A DNA stretch of 64,000 bases. Source: Marsupella aquatica (taxonomy: Eukaryota > Plantae > Marchantiophyta). The translations under genes and the position numbers were made by a program. Each line of letters begins with the position of its first letter. Within the stretch, counting starts at the first letter, position 1. Under the pieces are notes generated by a model that was not told the origin of the DNA, searched no databases, and worked only from the letters and a program-made list of their open reading frames with translations. The stretch lies in the NCBI GenBank assembly GCA_973895155.1, contig OZ316897.1, positions 15,437,375 through 15,501,374 of the forward strand, written 5' to 3'. Below are positions 28,071 through 51,600 of the stretch, one piece after another.

Positions 28071-31000
28071 AAACAGCCAATCAACGACAACTTCCGACAA
28101 AACATGATTTTCTTTCCCATCGGCAGACCACCATCACTTCATTAGTTCTCGCAGCGTCTCTTCTTGCTCCGCTTCTGTTACGGAACGACATGAAAGCTGT
28201 GCGAATCATGTAGTACTGTAGACCCATGCCAAGGAGTTGATTTGAAGATGGAGCTTGCGTCAATCGCAGCTGCAAGTTTAAGACTGGTGCACTGAATGAA
28301 CCCCTCGAGCAATCAGCACGAAATTGCAAAGCGCTGTACATGACCAAATCATTTGGTTTGGTTTGATTTGCTTCCTTTTGGGGGACGCTAGGACAAACAA
28401 ACCAGAGCCCAATTGTCATTTGTGCTAAATTGGTATCAGGAGATCCTTTCACCCAATTCAGCTTCTAGCCAAAGCCAATCTATGTGGATAATGGAATCTT
28501 CATCATCCAGTGAAAGTCAATCTGGGTCGTCAGCTGGATCATCAAGAAATTCCAACCATTTAAGTCAAATAACACCAGTTTGCATCGCCGGGAGCGGTCC
28601 AATCGCCAAACTAGGTGCAATGACAGCCATTGGATGTGAGCAAGCTAACCCAAGTTAATTTTCTTGACCAACAAAAACAAAATGTGATATAAATAAATAA
28701 AAATTGAGTGACAATGTATTTATTATGCCAAAAAAAGTGACTATCCATTGTAGTAAATCTCAATTTCACCAAACTGAGTTGAATTGTCTACATTATCTTT
28801 TGTTATTCAAGTTATCTACCATGCATGACGTACTCCTTAGAATGCAATAGGCTGGAATTGCTCTGATTGGAACAATTTTTTGATACTAAGACTATGTTTG
28901 TGAATAAGGACTGGCATGGAGAGTCTGGGCATAGGGAGCCTTTGCTGTGCAAATGTATGGGTCTTGGGCTGGTATAAGGAAAAGCGCATAACTCCTTCAC
29001 CAGTCAGGTGTACAATAAAGTAACTTTCCCACTCCAAAAATGTACAAATGCATTGCCTAATTATGTGTTACCCCTTCCTTTCATTTCTATAACAGATGCA
29101 ACCTCCCCAAGATTATGATCAAAATGGGCTGTTTTGCATACATGGGATAAAATGGAATGCATAGATGGGATGGGACGGCATAGAGTGGGGAGGGAGGGAT
29201 GGAGACTCCACAATTGAGTGTCATGATCCATTTTTGCTCCTGCTGACTCTCATACTCCATGAATTGCAAGGTAAAAGCCCACCCAATTTATCAAAGGCAT
29301 TGGTCAAGGGCCTTGATAACATATAGGAGAAGGAAATTTGCTACGAAGAGATAAATTGCAACAGACTTCTAGAACCTGGTGGAGTTGTGCTCTCCAGGAT
29401 CACTTAGTGCATTTTTCCATAAATCATGTCCAAATGGCTATTATGCAATACCCTATTTTTGCTAATCCCCAATTGAAATGAGCCTGTTTCATGTTTTTGA
29501 TATAAAATCAGGCCTCTTAAAAAATTTAAACCACAATTGAATACCATTTAATGAGAATTCTTTTCCCGTGGAAATGAAGTCAGCCCAATTTATCACTGTC
29601 CACAAATGAGACCCCTATAAGGTCCATGCATGATCATTCCAGCGTTGATTTTCTATTTGACCTCTAATGTTACTAAGATCATGGGACTAAATAGAATTGA
29701 CAGCCCCGTCTATAAACAAGGCTCTAATACCTTCACCAAAGTCCTAAGTTCTATGGTGTCTGATCTCTATTCAGCCATTTTTCTCTCTCAAGCATAGGGT
29801 TCGTGGGGACCAATTCTAGCAACCTCCAAAGGCACATGACTGCCCTTTAATCCACATGGCCCGGAGTGAGTTGCATGCCCCTGCATACAATGAGATTTAA
29901 AGTGGGTTTGGAAGAATTCCCAAGTGATTTGAGGGCTCTAGACGATCATATTACTGTTTGTGCACAAGGCTCTTCACTGGGTCACAAGGACAACAGCAGG
30001 GCTAGTAGGGGCAGGTTTCACTATGCAACCACAGGCCTCCTAAGGAGAGAGCATCTCAGCAAAACATGTCTGAGCCTGGACTTGGATGCAGGAACTGACA
30101 GCCCACACCCATGAGGCATTGCAGTTGGGCTATTGGCCATCAGACGTATGAAAAGGGCTTTTGGGGGTATTTTTTCAGGTACTCAGGGAGGAGAATGGGA
30201 TCGACAGTGGAAGAGCTAGAGCCCGGGCGGGACAGGGCTAGGGGGTTGGGAGGGGACCTTTCAAAAACAAAATTGAGGAAGTGGGAGGAAAGGGGAAAGG
30301 AGAGGATATGGAAGGCAGGGGAGATGAGGTAGGGAGGATGAGGTAGGGGAGATGGGGTGCGGTAGATTTTTGAGGTGGGCATTAGAGGGGAGGGTTAGAG
30401 GGGTATGGATTTTAAAGATGCATTTGATGGGATGGGATGGGGTTGGGGTAATTCTCATGTAAGGCACAGAAAAGTAATTCTTGGAGGAGGAGGGGATGGT
30501 GGATGGCAGTGTGTAAGGCATTGAAAAAACTCACATTCCAAAGATAAGCGTAAGGATTGGAGGGAGGGAAGGAAAGGAAGGATTGTCCACATAATTCCTT
30601 TGCACTGAGGATCCTCTTTTTCAGTCGGCCTTGCCAGCGCTAGGATAAAAGAAAGTTTGGAACTAATTTTCTCATATGGCTGCCAATCTTGGCTTCAGTT
30701 GTTGTCCTGGGACCCCAAAATGACCCCACGACATATCTCAAAATTGTCGAACACTGTGTTGTCAGAGATGTTGTACATTGTATTGTCAAAAGTCTTGTAC
30801 ATTGTATTACTTGTCAAAACAGGAATGTCACAAATCTTAGTGTTGGCCTATTTTCACGACAAACCTTTTGTTAGGGGGCTAGTAATTAAGTTTCTGTGTA
30901 CAGTGTGGGTCCTCTAGTACAAGAGAGGCCTACAGTACATTTTCTTTGGCCTTTGAACACATACACATGAGTACTCCAATGCTATCCAAAATGGTACCTT

Positions 31001-33004
31001 TGATGGGAGAGGTTAAATAATATGATTTGACAGAAAAGTTGTCATTGGTAATTTTCTGTCTAGATGTAGTAATGTATGGTTAAAACATACAGTTCAACTA
31101 GTGTAGTTTTTATACTAGTCCTTTTGGAAGTCCTTTCTGATCTCTCAGCATTTAAAGTGGGATTCCTCAACAATGGAACACTTTCTCAGCCAATGGTCCA
31201 GACAATTATGTTTAATTTACACAGGTGCACTTGTGCATAAGTCTCAGCATGAGTCACCCTGACATCTTCAACTAAAAGGCAAGAGCTACATTGTTTTCAA
31301 TATGTGTTTCTTATAATATCTAGATTCTAAATGAATTGATGATAAAGTTTGGGGTCAGTGATGGTGTAAACATAAACAATCAGAGAGATTGATGAGACAC
31401 CACCAAAAGTCCCTTCAAGCAAAGCAAATTGATGTTGACAACAGGTAAATGGACCTTGGATGAAGAAAGCGGACACCTGAGGTTTTGTGGTTTGGACTTC
31501 ATTGGTCATTTCTTACATGGGCAGGTTCGAGGGAAAGGGCAGGTTCGAGGGAAAGGGCAGCCGATATGAACTCCCAATCGCCGGATGAGAACAGGGAGCA
31601 AGGAGTGCACAGGCCTGGGAGGTGTCCATACTCCTCTGCCGTAAACACCCTCTGCTGCATAGAACCCAGTTGTAATGAACCCTGTCCCAGGAGAGGGGAA
31701 CACAAGGAAAGGAAGGTAACAGGAGTATACCGTATTTGAATCCCTATTTTGCCTCTCAAGATTATTCATTTCTGGATTATCACTCTTTTTTCACAGAATT
31801 TTCTCTAGAGTTAATTGAATTCATGAAAAATTCACTAAAAACACTGATAAGTCAATGCTTAGACCACAAACAAAATTAAACATTCCAAAATTGTTCTTTA
31901 CCCCTAAACTCATGACTTTGGATGTGTTGGTGCTTGTTTTGAAAGACTTTTTCACATTGTTGCCAAACAAGTTTTCATGCAAAATTTTGTTTTGTGCTGC
32001 TTTTGTCACTTCGTGTCACTTTTGTCAAGAAACAGTCACCTGTCATGCCTGATTAAGCAACTTTACGGATATGTTAAATTGTTTTTCAAAGATGAACAAA
32101 ATAGAAGCACAAGTATCCAGATTTTTAGATTGAATGAACGAACTAAGGATATGAACAGATTTCATATCCTTCATCATGAAAAGAACACGTTTGCCATTCC
32201 CAATTGCAAGAAATATTTTTGTGGGTGGGCATTTAACTTCTCCCCAGACCAAGTTTTTCACTTTATTTTCCCAGTAGTTGGATTGTATCCAGCCAAAACA
32301 TGTGTTCTTGGCCGATTTTAACAGATAACACCCATTTTTGGGCCATTTCACCTCATGTAAAGTTTTATGAGACTCCAGTGTTGTATAAAATCTACTTTCT
32401 CCCCATTTTTCCACGCTTTCCTCATGTTTTCCAGCCCACCATTTATGGAACATCACGTTTTGGGGCTGGGTGCCAAACTCCTACTATTTAATTATTTTCT
32501 ACACAACCTAATTACCACTAAAGTACTTTCCTCCCATCTCCCTAACCTGCCCTCATATTTCCCAGCCTTCCGTTTACAGAACATCACATTTTTGGGCAGG
32601 GCGCCAGACTTTTAGTATTTAATAGTTTTTCGCACGAACCTAATTACCACCAAAGCAGCATAGCAGTGTACCGGGAATTGGAAATCGAGCACAGCAGAGT
32701 GGAGCAAAGGGCGAGAGCGCAGAGAGGCCGCATGCAGCCCCGTCGACGTGGTTGCTGGCCAGCTACTTTGGTTGGTTCCCCATTGCGTGGGCGCGAAGGG
32801 AGGCGACGCCAGGTTTTTGGTCTGGGTGGCGAGGGAGGGAGGAGGAGGGAGGGAAGCGGGGGGGGGGGGGGGGAGATTGGCATTTGGCAGACCAATTCTT
32901 TTTCGTGGCCATGTTATTTTTGGCAGCGCACATCCCAAAAGAGACCCACCCATGTCGTTTTTCATGGCATTCATCGTAGTTGCAGTAATAGGAGTGATGC
33001 TGCT

Positions 33005-33137
33005 GCAGTAGTGGAGTGGTACACACTAGAGAGGGGACGAGGAAACAACAACAACAGCAGGAGCAGCAGCAGTAGTGGAGTGGTACACACTAGAGAGGGG
33101 ACGAGGAAACAACAACAACAGCAGCAGCAGCAGCAGC
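33005..33137. repeat. 64-bp tandem duplication ending in (CAA)n(CAG)n, upstream of UBP12
   Basis: gcagtagtggagtggtacacactagagaggggacgaggaaacaacaacaac at 33005 and 33069. Confidence 0.9.
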
Positions 33138-33659
33138 CATAGCACCATTGCTTTGCTTTTGGAGTAGAGGAGTACTGTAGACTTACTAATCCAGAACTGT
33201 AGCAAAAGAAGGGGAATTAGGGAGAGGCGGGTGAATGGGGGGAAACCTGGAAAAGTGGAGCAGGAAGGGGACGAGGGATAGGGGGGGGAGGGAGGGAGAA
33301 AAGGTGAGGGGCTGGGCTGGTGTAGTTGTGTGATTTTGGGGTGCAGAGTAGGAGTGCTGGAGGAGAGGAACAGGAGGAGAGGAGCAGGAGATGGGAGGAG
33401 TGGAGTAGCAGAGCAGGAAAAGAAGACGCAGGAAGGTGAAGCAGCAGAGTACCTTAGAACGAGGGAGGTGCTTTAGGAAGGAAGGAACGAAGGTGGCAGA
33501 CAGGGGGAGGGGAGGGGCCGTGGTGGTGGTGGTGGTGGTGCGTGACGGACGGACGGACGGAGTTGAGAGGAGTAGAGCAGGAGTGTGTGCGAAGAAGGGA
33601 GGGAGGGAGGGAGGGAGACCAGCGAAGAACGAGGGAGGGCCGCTGGGGAGCGGAGGAGA

Positions 33660-43690
<10,031 letters not shown>

Positions 43691-45580
43691 GACCGGGCAT
43701 GTATTAAATGGTCCAATACTGTTGGAACACAGCATCCTAGATTTTCACATGCCACTGTGCCCAGGTTAACCTGCATAAGGTGGGTTTTGTAGGGGAAATT
43801 TCGTCGGTAGTAGGGTGCTTGATGCCCTTGTTTTTATTTAGCCGATTCAAGTTTGCTGCAAGGTATGGTCTGTCCTCATGTACCTACATGCAGTTTAGTG
43901 CTTGGTTGTATAGGGATTTACACCCTTCTAATGGTGATGAATCTAGTCTTCTGCGCTTCAGTTGTGCCCTGGAACTGTGATAGTGAGCACAAGTCTCTGT
44001 TGTTGCGATGTTCCTGAGTTAAAAGAGGCCTCTTCTGCTAGTCTGGTGCGTTTGACCCCATTATGGTCGATGCCCAGTAATATGGGCTCGGGACTTAGTG
44101 CAGTCCAGTCAGCTCTAGTACTTGCAGTCTTATTTCTCAGTAGATTCCTGGAGAGACATCCATAGAGTTTCAGTATTTGTGCTGTGCCTGTACCCATTGG
44201 TGGTGGGGGTTGGCCCTCGCAAAGCTTTTTGCCATCTGCTACTTGTGTGCAGGGCAGGATAAAGCTGTTTCGTGTATACAAATATGTGGGTATGTGGTCA
44301 TGAGGCCCTTAACGACCCCCTTTTCTTTGCCGGCTTGATAGAGTCACCATGGCCCCATGCGGGTTTGTAGTTTTCCTTCTCATGCATGTGGGTTCTCTCT
44401 TGAGCCCATGCTGTACTCAGTTCTTAATTTTTTTAGTTGCCTCATTGCAAAGGCTGAGATTGTTTCGGACTTGGATACATCAAGTTTTCACTAGAAAATG
44501 AGAAGTCCAACTTTGTGCGATGTGAAACTGGTCTGGGCGTGCGAAGACGGGGTCTGCCAAGGAATGTCAGTGGTAGGGTATTTTCCTAGCAGGTTGAGGC
44601 TCCATTGATGCAGTGACGTGTGCAAGAGGATCGTCTTTGATGGCGAAGGCGAGGCCCTGTGAGCCAGAAGAATGGATCTGAACTGGCTGTGAGAGTCTTT
44701 CCTCAGCGGGTTACATCTCTCTTCGTCCTTTAACTCACATGCCAGTAGGCTGTGGTGTCCTTGCAAAATGCGTTTTGGGCTGTTTCTTGCCAGAGCTGTT
44801 GTGAAAAGAGTTTAGGGGGTAGCAAAATTTTGAGCCGATCCTGGATTGCCTGTATCTGGTTGGTGATATTGATGCTGGTATGGTGGGGAGTTTGGGGAGC
44901 TCTATACACAATTTTCAAGACTGGGAGGCTTTCGATCGTAAGTCCCAAATACTAACAACTTTGCTTAGCAGGGAGGATGCCCTCTAGATTCTGTGGTGGG
45001 AGGAGTTACTTGAACCATTAAGATGAGTCTGAGTTCCTGACAAAACAGTTGTCTTCTTGTTGTGTTGGATATTATTAACGACAATAATGATTACAATATG
45101 TTTGAAGATGTCTTGGCTCAATTCTGGAGATGGGTGAAATGGACAAGGTAGGTAAGTGGTAAAGAGCAGTGTGTGTAGAGGTGCAGCAAAATAAAAGAAA
45201 TAAAACATTCCTGGATGTTAAGGTGTCGTGTATGTATTGCGAAAGTGTCAGGATGATGATTTGGATAACTGATAACTAATTGAATTGGAGAGAGAGGTAA
45301 GAACATGATAAGAAAGAATATGCAGCTATTAGTAAAATTGTGTTTTGAATGCACTATTTTTTGAAGGGGCACTACAGGTCATGAATAATATTGAATTAGC
45401 GGTATTAGGACCACTTCTACATCGGAGAGCTTTATATTGCTTTGAGTCAAAACCAGAAACTTGTGACTTGGAGGCTAGTTCATCATAGATGGCGCTTCGA
45501 GGCTATGGACACATCGTAGAATTACTGAATAAATTAAATTGCTTCGAGGCATGGTATTGCCTCTTCCAGGCTGTGGAGTG

Positions 45581-45628
45581 CATTTTGCTATCTGGCTAGT
45601 ACATTTTGCTATCTGGCTAGTACATTTT
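45581..45628. repeat. 21-bp tandem duplication
   Basis: cattttgctatctggctagta occurs twice. Confidence 0.9.
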
Positions 45629-47569
45629 ACTGTAGGCACTATTCTCTCGGAACAGTTTCTCGTAATAATGATAATAGAGCTTCACATCTACAACCTAATT
45701 TTGTGGGTAGTGCTTAAAGGGTATGTAGAATATGAATCCTTTACGCTATGGACCCTTTTATACTGCATCCTGTGTCGGTGAAGTGTGCGACTCAAAATGA
45801 GAACGTTTCACTACTCCCACCAGCATTCCTTTGACACTTTTAGAAATGAGCATTCCAATTTGACGACACTAGGGAGATGTAAATTAAACAAGGCAAGGTC
45901 CAAGTGTTTAAGCCAAGACTGCTGATGTAGGCAGCGATCAGACTTAATCAAACATAGCTCAATTAAACAAAGCCAGGTCCAAGTGTCAAAGCGAAGACCG
46001 GACTGAAGTGTAAATGTAAGTGGGGAGATATCAAACTGAATCAAACAAAACTAGGGCCAGAAGTCAAATTCAAGAATGGAAGATGTTGGCAAAAGGCTTA
46101 GACGAATTTCGCCTGAAAAGGGTCACAAAATGTGATATTGTAATTTCTACTAGATAAAACTAGTTTTGGTTTAATGGTACACCCCTGAGATGGATGACTA
46201 TTTTATTCAATTTTATCTCTTTCGATCCACTTGGATACCATGAGGTAGCCCTTCGACAATTTTACAAAAGCTGGAGGAATTCCTATATCTTTCAGACATA
46301 AGCTAGCAAGCTTTGACTCCAAATACATTATACCTACAATAGAAGTGAAAGGACTTGTAACAGAACCTTGTATGAATAGATCTGATGGGGAGAAATGGTC
46401 ATAATGGGCCCTAAAGTGCACTGCCAGTGTCAAACCCAAGGTGACATGGGCCAACTGCTGGCAATTACTGTACCACACATGATGAGGTAAAGTAAACATA
46501 GAAAAGGAACTGATAGAATTACAATACCCAAATGCATGAGCAACGAGTGGACGTCATGCACATGTAGTGAGTGGAAATTTGTCATAATAGACCATGAGGT
46601 CTATGGTGTTACAAGGAGTAACCAAAAAAGTGGAAAATATTGACATACTTTGAATTAGTATGGGCGTGACTGGCATGTTATTATGACAAAGGAGTAATGC
46701 AGCTTAGCTGACTCTTTTTTGGTATAAGCAGGTTGACGAGGATTCTGTTAAACATGACTTAATATGCTATACAACACTTTTGCTCAATGACATTATGTAA
46801 TACATGTGCACTGGGCTATCTAAACTCAGTAACATCTGACCTAGCCAAAACGTCCCATAGTTTGTTGTAGGATTTAAAGTGATTCTCTTCCTGGCCATGT
46901 GATGTTTGAAAACCTGCCAAGCAGTTGCACCACGCACCTGAGCATGCATCGTAAGGAAACCTTGCCCGCATGATCATGGCCACCTATTGTAAAAGCATAG
47001 CTCTGCCTGTCATGTCACTATAGAAATTCAAGAATGACAAGCAACATACTTGGTAGTTGGAGGTATGATTGCTTTCAAATTTATACCCTAAACTTGGAAC
47101 GTCAACTACAAATGCAATATGAACTCTTGCAATCCAAAATTGGTATTTCATACTATTTTGAAAAAATTGTCATTAAATTTCAAGGGGGGTCACTTCCACA
47201 GAAGTGCCACTTAACGTGCAACGAAGTATATTGGATAATTTAAATAATCTTGAAATAAGACTTCTAAAATTTTGTGGAAGAACAATGGGGTCCGTTAAAT
47301 TTTTTGGACGGTCCGCTTTTAAGAACAATAGACCCTCATTAAATAGGTCATATTCCATAAAGTTGTCTAAAAAAGTTAGGGTTTTTTGTGTCATGTACAT
47401 GCGACACGCGTCATGTTCTAATTGGTGCACTTGTCACTATGTAAGTGGTACCAGTGTATCCCCAAAGAATAGTAGGCTTAATTTTTCCCAAGAAAATAGC
47501 TAAAAGTATGCATGGGTGGGCCTCAATTACTGCTGTTGTTATTGAAGGGTTATAGAAGGGCGATGGAAT

Positions 47570-48630
47570 TGCTTGAGATTCCTTATATGAGGAAGGTTCT
47601 CCTATTCCTCCAAGATCAACACACTACCTTTGTCAATAGGATACAGGTCATTGTCCTCCAACTTAGATGAATCCACAAATGTCGGAGCATGACTTGAGCG
47701 TCCTAACGCTCTCCTAGTCACCATTTCAGGTTGATCATCTAGCTTTGGTACAATCAAAGGTCCACCAGCCGCTACTTGCTCCTCAAGTTCCACTCCCCTA
47801 GGAACTCCCCGTCCGCTTCTTGTTGTAAATCTCTTTGTGCCTCATCGTCTGATTCAACGCCTCCCACCAAAGTGTGGAAGATTCCAACATGTCAGTATGG
47901 AGAGCCTAAGCAGTCCTTGGATCATTCTCCCCCTCCTTCATGTTAGATATTGCTCTAGTCTTGTGACTCTTAAGCTTGTTAGATATTGCTCTAGTCTTGT
48001 GACTCTTGAGCTAACCACAGTTAGTCTAACTCAGGTTAGGACTTAGCTAATGTTAGCGGTAGTGCTGTTGTGCATATAGCCAGGGCTGATGCCAGACCCT
48101 GGTGGAACTTAGGCTCATTGTTACAGAGCTAGTTGAGAGATAGGGAGAGCTTGTGCTGTGGATGCTTGGTATGGCCGGTCGGCCTAGAGTGCAGTAAAGC
48201 TCTTGTGTGTTTCCGTGGACGTAGCCTCATGTGGAGGTGAACCACGTATCTCTCTGTGTCGACTATTGTGCGTTGGATGGTTCATGGGCTTGCCGTTACG
48301 AATGTCGTCTATGCTCAACACTTCAATGTTTTGATATCCTCATTGAAAGAAACATCCCTACTAACAACAATCTTACCGGTGTTTGGATCCCAGACCGGTA
48401 AGCCTTCACATCACTCTTGTATCCAAGAAATAAGCATTGGACCGCTGCTCCTTAGGTGTGAGAGGATAAGCATCACATCCAAAAAGTACCAACTGTGGTA
48501 ATCCGCTTGCCGTTCATACCTCCGTTCAAACACGTTGTCGCAAGGAAATAATTTTTGAACTAAGAATATGTTCTTCAGGTATTGGCAATCTAGCTTTCTG
48601 GCTAAACCTCCCTCAACATGTCACAAAGCT
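47570..48630 (-). mobile_element. Old Ty1/copia pol fragment (integrase C-terminus to pre-RT linker), interrupted by a solo LTR
   Basis: The minus strand reads FGCDAY..WDPNTGKIVVSRDVSFNE, then DSSKL..LILEE/GEPSSY. This parallels the main element near 52300 and 51950. Confidence 0.8.
47941..48320 (+). mobile_element. Solo LTR (TG...CA) with 5-bp target-site duplication CTTCA
   Basis: Runs tgttagatat...atgctcaaca, flanked by cttca at 47936-47940 and 48321-48325. It is the reverse-complement homologue of the LTR at 56342-56687. Confidence 0.92.
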
Positions 48631-51600
48631 AATTATGTGTTCAAAATTGGCATGCATCTCTACCTATTTTGCTTGTCTTCAATACCATAGAGAGCAGCGG
48701 ATTGCATGAACAACACATATACTTGTGGACATAGAGAGTTCCCACAGGAGGGGAAAACTAAGGCTAGGTGTTGAGATCTAGAGACTATGAGAAAGTCTTG
48801 GAGAAAGTTAAGCTCTATGCGATTGCCATTGTCAACTTTCCAAGACTACCATAGTGCTACTGCAGACATCACAGATCATGGATGCATTGACTAGATCAAA
48901 AGAGTCAATTCGTGGATGTATATCAACCACCACATGTTTCTATCCAGACCCCAATCCAAACATCCAACCACAAGCCAATGACCTTGGGGGTCTCACCTCG
49001 GGGGCCTCAATCCAAGGGGAGTCCCATATCACGCTTGAAGTTTTGGGGGAATAAACACCCTAAAAGTTAAGTCAATAATTTTTTTTTAGGAATTTTTATA
49101 CCCCTAACTTAATGGAATATTCCAAGAATATTCCTATATATGATTTTAAAAAACCCTATGATTCTTATAATTCTCAAAATTGGATTTAAATAACCCTAAT
49201 GTTCTTCAAATTTTTTTTGTGAGTATTTCACTAAACCCAATAAAAAACCCCTATACTTATTTGCGCGTGATGGGTCGGAAGAAAAGAAGTGAGGACCCCA
49301 GGGGTCTCACTAATGGATGCCTCCCCATCACTTGCGACGTGTTTAGGCCTCAGACCCGCTAAAATGTAAGAATTTTTTTTAGTTTTTCAACCCCTATGAA
49401 GTTGGAATATTCCAAAAAATTGGTTAGAAGGACCCTAATATTCTTATAAGTCTCAAAATTGGATTTAAAAGACCATATTGTTCTTCTGATAAAATTCTTA
49501 AGTCTTCTCTTTGAACCAATAAAATGACCTTATACTTTGTTGCACGTGATATGACCTTTTTGGGGAAGTGAAACCCCCAAGCCAACGACCAGCCAACAAT
49601 ACTTTGTGGGCATTGCTGATAAAAACCGAGTGCAAGAAAAAATAGAGAAGCAGTTTGGGTGGGCAAGCTTTGATTGAGTTGACATATTCAGAACAAACTA
49701 AGGTAGAAAAGAACTAATTATCCAATTTGCATACATATATTGAATGTCTCATTGTTGATGTTGTAGTTTGCTCAATGGGTCCATTAGATTTTATAGGCTT
49801 GGTTCCTTGAAGTACATCTATGTCCCACTTCTATACTTAGGTACCTATGACACTCACTAGATATGTACCATTAGATATCAAAATGTCAATGATTGTAACA
49901 TTTGGTAGATCTTTATTTCTGAATTTTCCTTTCCTTTTAGGTTGGTAGGGTTTTAATTTTACCTCTTCTTTTGAGTTTGCCCTGGTTCTTTTACTTCTGT
50001 CTAGGCATTATCCTGGCTTTATGGACACTTGGGGTCTCACTATATGGATGTCTCCCATTCACTTGTGACATTTTTTAGGCCTTGGACCCCCTAAAATGAA
50101 AATTTTTAAAATTTCTTTAACCCTATTAAATTGGAATATTCTTGAAATATTCTAAAAAATTGGTTAGAAAGACCCTAATGTTCTTATAATTCTCAAAATT
50201 GGATTTAAAAGACCCTATTGTTCTTTTGACAAAATTCTTAAGTCTTCCCTTTGAACCAATAAAATGACCCTATTTTTTTGTCGCACATGATGTGCCATTT
50301 TTGAGGAAGTGAAACACCCAAGTATGTACATAATTATAGCTCTATGAAATGATGTCATCACCTCTTTTGCTATTAATAACTCTTTTGTACGTTGTTTGGT
50401 GCTTGTACTTTCCAAAGGAATGATTTTGGTAAAGGCATCAGCGGGATTGAGCTTTCCATCAATCTTGACTAGCTCAAAAGTTTTATCAGACACTGCTTGC
50501 CTGATAAAATGGTATCTGATATCAATGTGCTTCACCTTGCTATCCATCACCTGGTTAGTAGCCAAGTGAAGAGCACTATGATTATCACAATTTAGAGATA
50601 TTTTGCCATGCTCTAAACCCATCTCCACGATCAATTTGTCCAACCAAATTGCTTCCTTTGCTGCTTCTGCTGCTGCAACATACTCTATTTTTGTAGTAGA
50701 CTGAGATATACAATTCTGCAAGATAGATTTCCAACTGATACAGCCTCCTCCAAGAGTAAATACATACCCAGTTGTAGACCTCCTTGTATCCAGACAGCCT
50801 CCATAGTCAGAATCTACATAGCCAACTAACGTTCTATCTGATCTAGCATCAAATAGTAATCCATAGTCCTGTGTTCCCTTCAGATACCTGAGAATCCATT
50901 TCACAGCTTCCCAATGTACCTTCCCTGGATTTGACATGAATCTGCTAACCTTGCCCATCGCTAGGGCCTAGTACAAGTCATCAAATACATTAGACTGCCT
51001 ATTGCCTTCTCATAAGGAATCTTAGCCATCAGACCTTTCTCCACAGCATTAGTAGGAGAGAAAGCGGATGATAACTTGAAATGTGAAGCTAAAGGAATAC
51101 CCACTGGCTTACAATTTTTCATGTTGAATCGTGCAAGTACCTTCCTCACATACTTGCCTTGACTCAAACACAACTGTCCATAATCAGAGTTCCTAAAAAT
51201 CTCCATACCTAAGATCCTCTTGGCCTTACCAAGATCCTTCATTTTGAATTCAAAACTCAATTTTGCCTTGAGACTGTCTACCTCAGATTGATCTTTAGCC
51301 ACAATCAACATGTCATCCACATAGATAACCAGAATGATGAAACCAAACACATCATTTTTGACTGATTTTGTATACACACAAGGATTATACACCATCCTTG
51401 TAACACCTTGAGCAAACATGAAATCATCAAACCACTTGTTCTACTGTCTGGGAGATTGCTTCAATCCATACAAGGACTTGAGCAATCTGCAAACTAAGTT
51501 CTCTTGGTCCTTCTTCATAAAGCATACTGGCTGTCTCATGAAGATCATCTCTTCCAAGTTGCCATAGAGAAAAGCAGTAACAACATCCATCTGATCCATC

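Larger units (their letters stand above)
47180..50320. repeat. AT-rich ~250-290-bp repeat family: direct copies near 49080, 49300 and 50030, and an inverted copy near 47180-47400
   Basis: Shared motifs ggggtctcac, tggaatattc, tctcaaaattggatttaaa and gaagtgaaac. The reverse complement matches tcacttcc..acgtgcaac.aagtata..gaagaacaat at 47190-47290. Confidence 0.65.

Noticed and set aside
31519-31560. tRNA/Pol III B-box (GGTTCGA, two copies)
   Set aside because: Part of an 18-bp tandem duplication with no A-box or cloverleaf.
46200-46480. Ulp1/C48-protease-like transposon fragment (ISFDPLG...QTQGD..NC)
   Set aside because: It needs a stop read-through and a frameshift, and similarity is too weak to support without a profile search.
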